Below are positions 40,768 through 47,491 of a DNA stretch of 47,491 bases, one piece after another. Position numbers and translations under genes: made by a program. The DNA is taken from the NCBI GenBank assembly GCA_947642475.1, contig CANRSQ010000004.1, positions 1 through 47,491 on the forward strand. Direction: 5' to 3'. The DNA comes from an uncultured Mycoplasmatota bacterium. GTDB lineage: Bacteria > Bacillota_I > Bacilli_A > RF39 > UBA660. Each line of letters opens with the position of its first letter. The stretch's first letter is position 1. The notes under the pieces are model-generated. The model saw only the letters and a list, made by a program, of their open reading frames with translations. It was not told the DNA's origin and ran no database searches.

Positions 40768-41760
40768 CTAATCCTCTGCTTCTTCTAACATATTAGTTAT
40801 AAATATACCATATCCCTTATGCGGATTATCAACAACCACATGAGTTACCGCACCAACAATGTAATCTCCCTGAACAATTGGTGATCCACTCATTCCCTGA
40901 ATAATCCCATTAGTTTTTTCTAATAAATCTTTATCAGTAATTTCAAAGACAAAATTTTTAGTATCCTGTTGTTTTTTATTAACTTTAGTAATATTAATTT
41001 CATATTCCTTAATTTCTTTACCATCAAGAACAGTTAAAATTTTAGCCTTACCAGTTTTAATATCAGAAGGCTGAGCTACATTATAAGTATCTTTATCAGG
41101 TAATGTACCAGTATATGTACCAAAAATTCCCTGAGTTGTATTTTCTGCTACCTCACCAGTTGTTTTATTAGCGTCATACTTAGCTTGTTTTTCACCTGGA
41201 TTACCATCAGAACTTGGAACAACTCCAGTAACCGTAGAATCAAAAATTTTACCATCTTTAATTTCTAATAATTTACCAGTAGTCTGTTCTTGTATTTCAT
41301 GACCTAAAGCACCAAATAATTTAGTTTCAGGATCAATAAAAGTCAAAGTCCCAATTCCAGTAACACTATCCTTTACATAAAGACCAGTTTTATAAATATT
41401 GTCATCATCTTTATATAATTTTAAAGTTGCAGTTTTCTCTTTACCACCACGCAAATATCCCACCGATACAGCACCATCACTAGAATCATTAATTTTAGCC
41501 GCCATATCTTCAATATTATTAACTTTATTATCATTGATAGTAGTTATAATGTCACCAGTTTTTAAACCTGCATCAGTTGCTGGAGAATTTCCATCAACAT
41601 CATAAACACCAACAATTAAAACACCATTAGAATTTAAAGTAATACCAATATTTTCACCTGAGGCAATAATTTTGTCAGAATATGCTAAAGCATTTATGGG
41701 TATAATAAAAAATGATAAAAGAAGCATGATGATAGTTTTTTCAAAATTTTTAAAAAACAA
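40768..41760 (-). CDS. spoIVB: SpoIVB serine peptidase (S55) with PDZ domain
   Basis: PDZ SPA..AGLKTGD; GLYVKD..TGIGTLTF, FGALGH, GIIQGMSGSPIVQ, GAVTHV..DNP..GYG. Confidence 0.92.
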   Translation of the reverse strand: MFFKNFEKTIIMLLLSFFIIPINALAYSDKIIASGENIGITLNSNGVLIVGVYDVDGNSPATDAGLKTGDIITTINDNKVNNIEDMAAKINDSSDGAVSVGYLRGGKEKTATLKLYKDDDNIYKTGLYVKDSVTGIGTLTFIDPETKLFGALGHEIQEQTTGKLLEIKDGKIFDSTVTGVVPSSDGNPGEKQAKYDANKTTGEVAENTTQGIFGTYTGTLPDKDTYNVAQPSDIKTGKAKILTVLDGKEIKEYEINITKVNKKQQDTKNFVFEITDKDLLEKTNGIIQGMSGSPIVQGDYIVGAVTHVVVDNPHKGYGIFITNMLEEAED

Positions 41761-41820
41761 AAAATCATCTCCTATAACATAAATCAGACTACACTATTAT
41801 TATAATTCAAAATAAAAAAA

Positions 41821-41847
41821 ATAAAGGTAGAATATTCTACCATTTAT
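41821..41847 (-). terminator. galE terminator
   Basis: GGTAGAA-ta-TTCTACC hairpin with a minus-strand T tract. Confidence 0.6.
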
Positions 41848-41849
41848 CT

Positions 41850-42848
41850 TCATTGTTTTTTAGAAGCAAATCTATAAGCATCTCTGCACATATCTTCTAT
41901 ATCTTTTTCCGCTCTCCATCCAAGCTTTTCATTAGCTAAACTAGGATCAGCATAACAACTAGCAATATCTCCAGGTCTTCTTCCTTCAACAACATAAGGA
42001 ACCTTAACATTATTAACCTTTTCAGTCATTTTAATTAATTCCATAACACTATATCCATTACCAGTTCCTAAATTAAATATGCCAAGACCACCATTACTAT
42101 TCAAATAATCAATTGCCTTAATATGACCTTTCGCCAAATCAACAACATGAATATAATCGCGAACACCAGTACCATCTTCAGTATCATAATCATCGCCAAA
42201 AACATGAACCATTTCATATTCACCTGTTGCAACTCTCATAATATATGGCATAATATTATTAGGAATATCTTTAGGATTCTCACCAATTAATCCGCTTTCA
42301 TGAGCACCAATCGGATTAAAATATCTTAATAAGACAATATTCCATTTATCATTAGATTTACTTAAATCTTTTAAAATTTGTTCTATCATTAATTTAGTAT
42401 ATCCATAAGGATTGGTTGCCGATAAAGGAAAATCTTCTTTTATTGGCAAAGTATGAGGTTTTCCATAAACAGTCGCTGAAGAAGAAAATACCAAATTATA
42501 AACGCCAAATTTTTCCATAACCTCAAGCAAATTTAAAGTAGATCCAATATTATTCTGATAATACATGAGTGGCTTTTCTACAGATTCACCAACTGCCTTA
42601 TAACCTGCAAAATGAATAACAGAATCAATGTTTTCGTTTGTAAAAATCTCTTCTAAAAACTTTTTATCACAAACGTCACCTTCATAAAAAATAAACTCTT
42701 TATCTGTAATCATAGAAATCTTATCAAGAACACTAGAATCAGAATTAGAAAAATTATCAACAATAACAACCTCATATCCAGACTCTAATAACTCTACAAC
42801 TGTATGACTTCCAATATATCCAGCACCACCAGTAACAAGTACTTTCAT
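41850..42848 (-). CDS. galE: UDP-glucose 4-epimerase
   Basis: GGAGYIGSH, HFAGYKAVGES, SSSATVYG, YGYTK, LRYFNPIGAH, RDYIHVVDLA. Confidence 0.97.
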   Translation of the reverse strand: MKVLVTGGAGYIGSHTVVELLESGYEVVIVDNFSNSDSSVLDKISMITDKEFIFYEGDVCDKKFLEEIFTNENIDSVIHFAGYKAVGESVEKPLMYYQNNIGSTLNLLEVMEKFGVYNLVFSSSATVYGKPHTLPIKEDFPLSATNPYGYTKLMIEQILKDLSKSNDKWNIVLLRYFNPIGAHESGLIGENPKDIPNNIMPYIMRVATGEYEMVHVFGDDYDTEDGTGVRDYIHVVDLAKGHIKAIDYLNSNGGLGIFNLGTGNGYSVMELIKMTEKVNNVKVPYVVEGRRPGDIASCYADPSLANEKLGWRAEKDIEDMCRDAYRFASKKQ

Positions 42849-42979
42849 TTTATCACTCTCCTAATACATCAATATTAACACATTTTATAATATAATTCAA
42901 TTTTGCCTAATATTGTCATAAATAAAAAATAAAGGCAGAATCAATTACCAACGGTTTTAAATGAATTAACCCAAAGTTA

Positions 42980-43008
42980 TTGACAAAGAAGAATAAAAAT
43001 TATATAAT
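42980..43008 (+). promoter_or_regulatory. Perfect sigmaA promoter with no downstream ORF
   Basis: TTGACA (42980-42985), 17 bp, TATAAT (43003-43008). Confidence 0.85.
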
Positions 43009-43014
43009 AAAAAA

Positions 43015-43068
43015 GAATTAACGAAGTCCTTGAGCAATTGTAGCTCTATGGAGGGAGTTAATTTTTTT
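43015..43068 (+). ncRNA. Candidate ~54-nt hairpin small RNA convergent with the MuF-C-like gene
   Basis: Follows the consensus promoter; AATTAAC/GTTAATT stem, GAAG/GGGA internal loop, TCC/GGA and GAGC/GCTC stems, 7-nt loop, ending in T7. Confidence 0.55.
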
Positions 43069-43597
43069 CTATTATAAATATAGCAATCGATAAATCATAA
43101 TTTTTATCATTAACATAATTAAACGACGACATTTCTTTTGGTAATTTAACACCAATAGCCTCTAGCCACTCCCCACCTTCTCTATTAAAAAATAAAATTT
43201 TATTTTCTTTATATAATCTTTCAATAAATAAATCAGCATTATTTCTTCCATATATGCTAGTTATTTTATGAACTTTAAAATTTTTTTCATTTTTATTTAA
43301 AGCAATAGACAACATAATTGGTTTACCGTTGGTATCCCATTGTTTAATAAAAACCACTATAGAGTCTTTTCTTGTAACTGATGTTGCTGCCAAAATAGCA
43401 TCTTTAATTTGTTCATCTAATAAATATAAATTATTTTTAGATATGCCATGCTTTTCAAAAATTTTATTAATAGTCTTCCAATTAATAACTAATTTTTTAT
43501 CATCACAAATAGTTGGATTATTTGGGAAACAATCACTAATAGAAATCACAGAACTTTTTTCATTTTGGTTTAATTGATTATAAATTTCTTTCGACAT
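43058..43597 (-). CDS. Stand-alone MuF-C / phage BECR-fold-like putative ribonuclease
   Basis: KI..KH, S.TRKDSIVV, D.NGKP, HKITSIYGR and terminal W...IGVKLPKE resemble MuF C-terminal/PBECR domains (recognised from memory, no HMM run). Confidence 0.6.
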   Translation of the reverse strand: MSKEIYNQLNQNEKSSVISISDCFPNNPTICDDKKLVINWKTINKIFEKHGISKNNLYLLDEQIKDAILAATSVTRKDSIVVFIKQWDTNGKPIMLSIALNKNEKNFKVHKITSIYGRNNADLFIERLYKENKILFFNREGGEWLEAIGVKLPKEMSSFNYVNDKNYDLSIAIFIIEKN

Positions 43598-43604
43598 ATT
43601 TTAT

Positions 43605-43633
43605 ATAATAGCATAATTAAAAAGCAAAGTAAA
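43605..43633 (-). promoter_or_regulatory. Promoter giving a probably leaderless mRNA
   Basis: TTTACT (43633-43628), 17 bp, TGcTATTAT (-10 at 43610-43605), 7 nt, ATG 43597; no Shine-Dalgarno. Confidence 0.65.
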
Positions 43634-43770
43634 CATTTTTTAATAACATTAATTTAAAGCAAAAATAAAGGTAGAAAAAATTGCCAATAACTTTTATAAT
43701 TCAATTTTGCCCAATCTTGTTTTTACATAAAAATTATGTTAAAATAACAAGCAAAAAAGAGGTGTATTAT

Positions 43771-44547
43771 ATGGCAATAACAACCAAAGAACAATTAATA
43801 AAAGATTTAAAAAATCCAAGAGCAATCATCCCTAATCTTTTAAGTGCATCAAGAATGTTTGCCCCGCTTGTTATCCCACCTCTTGCCTTATCAGGCAATA
43901 TTCCTCTTACTTTAATAGCTACAGCAGCTTTTTTATCAACTGATTTTCTAGACGGAAAAATTGCCAGAACTCTTAATGGGCAAACCAAATTAGGTCAGCT
44001 ATTAGACCAAATTTCAGACAAAATATGTTCAATTGGTCTTTTACTCGCATTAGTTCCTTCTATTCCGCTAATGATCGTTCCATTAATTTTAGAAAGTACA
44101 ATCGCATTAATAAATATTAACGCATCTACAAAAGAACATAAAGGTGACGGAAAAAGTACTCAAAACGGTCGATTAAAAATGTGGCCACTTAGCGTCTCAC
44201 TAATTTCCGGTTATGGTATGTTATTATCACCTTCAATAATTTTTAAAGCTATAACATATCTAGGAATATTAACTACAGCCGCTTTAGAAGTAGTAAACAT
44301 CAAAGAATATTATGAATTATCAAAACCAAAAGATAATGAAGAAAAAGAAGAAAGAATTAAACCAATCACTAATACCCAAAACCAAAAATCAAAAACAAGC
44401 GAAAAACAAAAAGCCATTGCCTATACAGAAATAACAGAATATATTGAGCAATGTCCAAGCATATCAGAATTAACCGAAATAAAAGAACTAATTAATCCAA
44501 TCATAGAAATGCAAGCAAAAGAAAAAATCAAGCAAAAAAAGCGATAA
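43771..44547 (+). CDS. CDP-alcohol phosphatidyltransferase (PgsA-like) with a charged C-terminal extension
   Basis: IPNLLSASR, TDFLDGKIAR...T.LGQLLDQISDK; GAGGTG RBS gives ATG 43771. Confidence 0.85.
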   Translation: MAITTKEQLIKDLKNPRAIIPNLLSASRMFAPLVIPPLALSGNIPLTLIATAAFLSTDFLDGKIARTLNGQTKLGQLLDQISDKICSIGLLLALVPSIPLMIVPLILESTIALININASTKEHKGDGKSTQNGRLKMWPLSVSLISGYGMLLSPSIIFKAITYLGILTTAALEVVNIKEYYELSKPKDNEEKEERIKPITNTQNQKSKTSEKQKAIAYTEITEYIEQCPSISELTEIKELINPIIEMQAKEKIKQKKR

Positions 44548-44562
44548 CAAAATCGCTTTTTT
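44535..44562. terminator. Bidirectional terminator
   Basis: AAAAAAGCGAT-aacaaa-ATCGCTTTTTT. Confidence 0.7.
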
Positions 44563-45700
44563 ATTGTATATTCATACCACTAAAAGTCATATAAAGTAAA
44601 AATCCCACTAATATAATATATAATATTGTTCCATTAATCATTTCAAATCTAGTAGACTTGTATTTAACACCTACAGCCATAGTTGCAAATACACCACCAA
44701 TTAAACCACCAATATGTCCCCAATTATCAATTCCAGGCGCCATACCAATAAGTAAGTTCAAAATAATCAAAGGAATAATTTGCGATTTAACAACAGATTC
44801 TAAATATACACGATAATGATATCCAAAATATACTAAAGAACCAAGTAAACCAAAGATTGCACCAGAAGCACCAACACTATAACCAGTACTCATAAATATA
44901 GATAAACAGTTTCCAGCAAAACCACTAAGTAAATATACAATAATATATTTAGCCTTACCTAAGAAACTTTCCAGTTGCATACCAATAACATAAATGGCAT
45001 AACAGTTAAATAACAAATGAAGTAAATTAGCGTGTAAAAACATTCCCGTAAATAAACGATAAAACTCTCCATGCGTAACCATAAATCTGTTAACCGCAAA
45101 ATCATCAACCACACCAAACATATGGCTTAAAAAATAAATAATTACATTAATCAAAATAAGCGCATAAGTAACAACAGGTCTTTTCATTGTAAATACTTCT
45201 TCATTCATCTTCGCATCACCTTCATTCTTCTGATAAATATCGCCAGTTAACTTCATAAAAAGTTCCGCCCCTTTTTCTGTAAAAGTCATTTCATTAGTAA
45301 TATCTGGAAACGTATCAATAATAAAATTATAATTATTTAAATCATCAGTATCACTAACAGACGCTATATCAATTTTTGGAATATCTTCAAACTTATTTAA
45401 ATCAACATTATCATTAAGATTAACAAAAATACTAAGCGCATTCATTTTAAAAGAAAGAGTCTTTTTCTTAATCATTTTCATAAGTTTTTTAGTTTTAAAT
45501 AAATCAAATTCAAATTGTTCATCATTATGAATATAATTAGAAACAATTCTAACAATTTTATAATCCTCTTCTAAATTTTCAAGCCAAATTTCACCTTGAA
45601 CTCCTCTAATTACAATCGGAGTATAATTTTTTTCAGAAATGAAATACCTAAGTAATTTCATAACAAGCTCGTCATTTGGATCCGTAAGCATCTCTTCCAT
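44561..45700 (-). CDS. Rhomboid intramembrane protease with soluble N-terminal domain (GluP/YqgP-like)
   Basis: YRLFTGMFLH, HLLFN, GASG, HIGG. Confidence 0.92.
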   Translation of the reverse strand: MEEMLTDPNDELVMKLLRYFISEKNYTPIVIRGVQGEIWLENLEEDYKIVRIVSNYIHNDEQFEFDLFKTKKLMKMIKKKTLSFKMNALSIFVNLNDNVDLNKFEDIPKIDIASVSDTDDLNNYNFIIDTFPDITNEMTFTEKGAELFMKLTGDIYQKNEGDAKMNEEVFTMKRPVVTYALILINVIIYFLSHMFGVVDDFAVNRFMVTHGEFYRLFTGMFLHANLLHLLFNCYAIYVIGMQLESFLGKAKYIIVYLLSGFAGNCLSIFMSTGYSVGASGAIFGLLGSLVYFGYHYRVYLESVVKSQIIPLIILNLLIGMAPGIDNWGHIGGLIGGVFATMAVGVKYKSTRFEMINGTILYIILVGFLLYMTFSGMNIQ

Positions 45701-45710
45701 AAAAAACCTC

Positions 45711-46586
45711 CTATTCAAAATGTTTCATTATATTTATAAATTTCAAAGGTAGTTCACTATCAAACTGCATATATTCACCACTAGTAGGATGAATAAAACC
45801 TAACTCCTTCGCATGTAAACATTGTCCAGAATCATCAATTAACTTTCTTTTGCCATAAACGGGATCATTAACAACCGGATGTCCAATATAGTCCATATGA
45901 ACCCTAATCTGATGAGTACGCCCAGTTTCTAATTTCAATTCAATCAAAGTAACCTCATCAAATCTTTTTAAAACCTTAAAATGCGTAATAGCTTCCTTCC
46001 CATCAGGATTAATCGCCATTTTTTTACGATCGTTTAAAGATCTACCAATAGGCGCATCAATTAATCCAGTATCATTAGGAATAACGCCCCAAACTAAAGC
46101 TACATATTTTCTATAAGTTTTCTTTTCAGCAAGTTCCTTAGCTAAAATATCATGAGCCTTGTTGTTTTTAGCCACCATCAATAAACCAGTCGTATAAGCA
46201 TCTATCCTGTGAACAATGCCTGGACGAAACTCCCCATTTTTATCACTTAATTTACTATGGTATAAAAGGCCATTAACTAAAGTGCCATGATAATTTCCTG
46301 GTGCTGGATGAACCACTACCCCATTAGCTTTATTAACGACAATCACATCATCATCTTCATAAACAATATCTAAATCCATTTTTTCAGGAGTAACATTCAT
46401 ATCCTCTTCTACGTGATTAACACTAATCTCATCACCCTCACGAGTAATATATCCAGCCTTTACAACCTTACCATTAACTAAAACTTCACCATTTTTAATC
46501 ATCTTAGTAATGCTACTACGGCTAACATCCATTTCCTTAGTTAAAAAATTATCTAAACGTTCACCAGTTTCACTTACCTTATACAT
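45711..46586 (-). CDS. RluA-family 23S rRNA pseudouridine synthase with S4 domain (RluD-like)
   Basis: RLD S4 domain, VVNKANG.VVHP, HRID, TGRTHQIRVH, LHA. Confidence 0.93.
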   Translation of the reverse strand: MYKVSETGERLDNFLTKEMDVSRSSITKMIKNGEVLVNGKVVKAGYITREGDEISVNHVEEDMNVTPEKMDLDIVYEDDDVIVVNKANGVVVHPAPGNYHGTLVNGLLYHSKLSDKNGEFRPGIVHRIDAYTTGLLMVAKNNKAHDILAKELAEKKTYRKYVALVWGVIPNDTGLIDAPIGRSLNDRKKMAINPDGKEAITHFKVLKRFDEVTLIELKLETGRTHQIRVHMDYIGHPVVNDPVYGKRKLIDDSGQCLHAKELGFIHPTSGEYMQFDSELPLKFINIMKHFE

Positions 46587-47037
46587 CTTCCTTTTCCCCC
46601 TTTAAAATAAATATAACAATTAAAAATATAGAAATAACAATACACATATCCGCAAAATTAAATACCGGAAAACTATAACCAAATAAATTAAAATCTAAAT
46701 AATCAACCACATGACCACGGAAAATTCTATCAATTAAATTCCCTAAAATTCCGCCAATTAAAACACCATAAGTTATTTTTTCAAATCTATTAAGTTCCTT
46801 ACCCTTAATCAAAAAGAAATAAATTAAAATAAGCACAAAAATAGAAATGAAAATCAAAAACAATGTACTAGAACTTAAAATACTAAAAGCAGCTCCAGTA
46901 TTATTAAGCATGGTTAAAGCAAAAAATCCAGATATAACACTTATACTACTTCCAGCCTCAAGAAGACTTCCTAAAGCAAACTTAATCAATTGATCAACAA
47001 AAGTAACAATAAATGCAATTATAAGAATTTTTTTCAT
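46579..47037 (-). CDS. lspA: Lipoprotein signal peptidase II
   Basis: DQLIK, NTGAAFS, GNLIDR, VVDY, FNFAD. Confidence 0.96.
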   Translation of the reverse strand: MKKILIIAFIVTFVDQLIKFALGSLLEAGSSISVISGFFALTMLNNTGAAFSILSSSTLFLIFISIFVLILIYFFLIKGKELNRFEKITYGVLIGGILGNLIDRIFRGHVVDYLDFNLFGYSFPVFNFADMCIVISIFLIVIFILKGEKEDV

Positions 47038-47223
47038 TTTCTTCACCAGATAGTATTATATCAAAATTATAAACAAAAAGATAGATTTACATCATATCAC
47101 CAATAATTTTCATTAAAATTTCATTATTTTGTAACTTTTTTCATTTTTAACAAGGAATTCGCCCTACAAATATCGTATGTTATATATATAGGGGCAATTT
47201 AAACTATCAAACAAGGAGGAAAT

Positions 47224-47491
47224 ATGAACAAAATAAAAGAAGATATCTATACATCAAATATTAAAACATTGATTGAAAATAATCTAGTTAATAACAAAGT
47301 AAGAAATATCCAAAAAGAAAATGATAAATTAACTACAAACTGGAGCATTGGAAAAGAAATAGTAAAAGCCCATAACGAAGATAAAATTAAATATGGAAAT
47401 AGTTTTATAAAAAATCTAAGCATAGAATTAACCAAGTTGTATGGTCCTGGATATGATTATAGTGATTTAAGGCAAATGAAAAAATTTTATC
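47224..47491 (+). CDS. DUF1016/YhcG-family protein N-terminus (runs off the window)
   Basis: AGGAGG RBS; MNKIKEDIY...TNWSIGKEIV...YGNSFIKNLSIELTKLYGPGYDYSDLRQMKKFY; no stop before the window end. Confidence 0.85.
   Translation, partial: MNKIKEDIYTSNIKTLIENNLVNNKVRNIQKENDKLTTNWSIGKEIVKAHNEDKIKYGNSFIKNLSIELTKLYGPGYDYSDLRQMKKFY

Larger units (their letters stand above)
42891..43720. mobile_element. Putative inserted mini-cassette bounded by nested direct repeats
   Basis: Repeat A 42891-42916 / 43695-43720 (24/26 identical) outside; repeat B 42925-42951 / 43661-43687 (23/27) inside. No recombinase within. Confidence 0.5.

Noticed and set aside
43015-43068. tRNA, SRP RNA or a known riboswitch
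   Set aside because: Single hairpin with no cloverleaf or SRP motif, and no same-strand gene directly downstream to regulate.
41801-43720. Integron cassette array
   Set aside because: No attC-type R''/R' boxes seen and no IntI; the repeats are kept only as generic direct repeats.
47158-47198. Second dif-like site or operator upstream of the DUF1016 gene
   Set aside because: Needs a 5-bp spacer and several mismatches; the inverted repeat is weak and the sequence is explained by an extended -10 promoter.
160-47435. Short antisense or overlapping ORFs in the track (e.g. 160-423, 6367-6654, 9487-9828, 12774-13211, 13240-13809, 27587-27916, 47247-47435)
   Set aside because: They overlap well-supported genes and show no recognisable motifs; treated as shadow ORFs.
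1-47491. Mollicutes genetic code 4
   Set aside because: TGA ends genes at their expected C-termini (e.g. spoIIM, galE) and long ORFs are intact under code 11.

Overview
Very AT-rich chromosomal segment of a Bacillota (Bacilli) genome using the standard genetic code (TGA is a stop). The compact layout, short leaders and retained spoIIM/spoIVB suggest a reduced gut Bacilli lineage such as RF39; this is inference. Left part (1-14 kb, mostly + strand): polysaccharide deacetylase, uppP, an OmpR-type two-component pair, holA, an XRE regulator with a large surface protein, rarA, mscL, xerD, guanine deaminase, an AlkD-like gene and two metal transporters. A near-canonical Bacillota dif site (15065-15092) lies where gene orientation flips and abuts an unknown HTH gene. 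Right part (mostly - strand): mnmA, spoIIM, a ~23 kb surface-polysaccharide locus (Wzx, Wzy-like, GT2/GT4, Stealth, Cps14F/G, a GT2-DUF2304-GtrA-GT-C module, a UbiA-type polyprenyl-phosphate phosphoribosyltransferase, SGNH/AT3 and a ricin-GH25 hydrolase), spoIVB, galE, a pgsA-like gene, a rhomboid protease, an RluA-family gene, lspA and a truncated DUF1016 gene. The most unusual element is a ~0.8 kb cassette (42891-43720) bounded by nested direct repeats. It carries a leaderless MuF-C/BECR-like putative RNase gene facing a perfect sigmaA promoter that would make a ~54-nt hairpin RNA, and that RNA region is a diverged 107-bp-offset copy of the gene's own 3' end. No rRNA, tRNA, CRISPR array, transposase or reverse transcriptase was seen.
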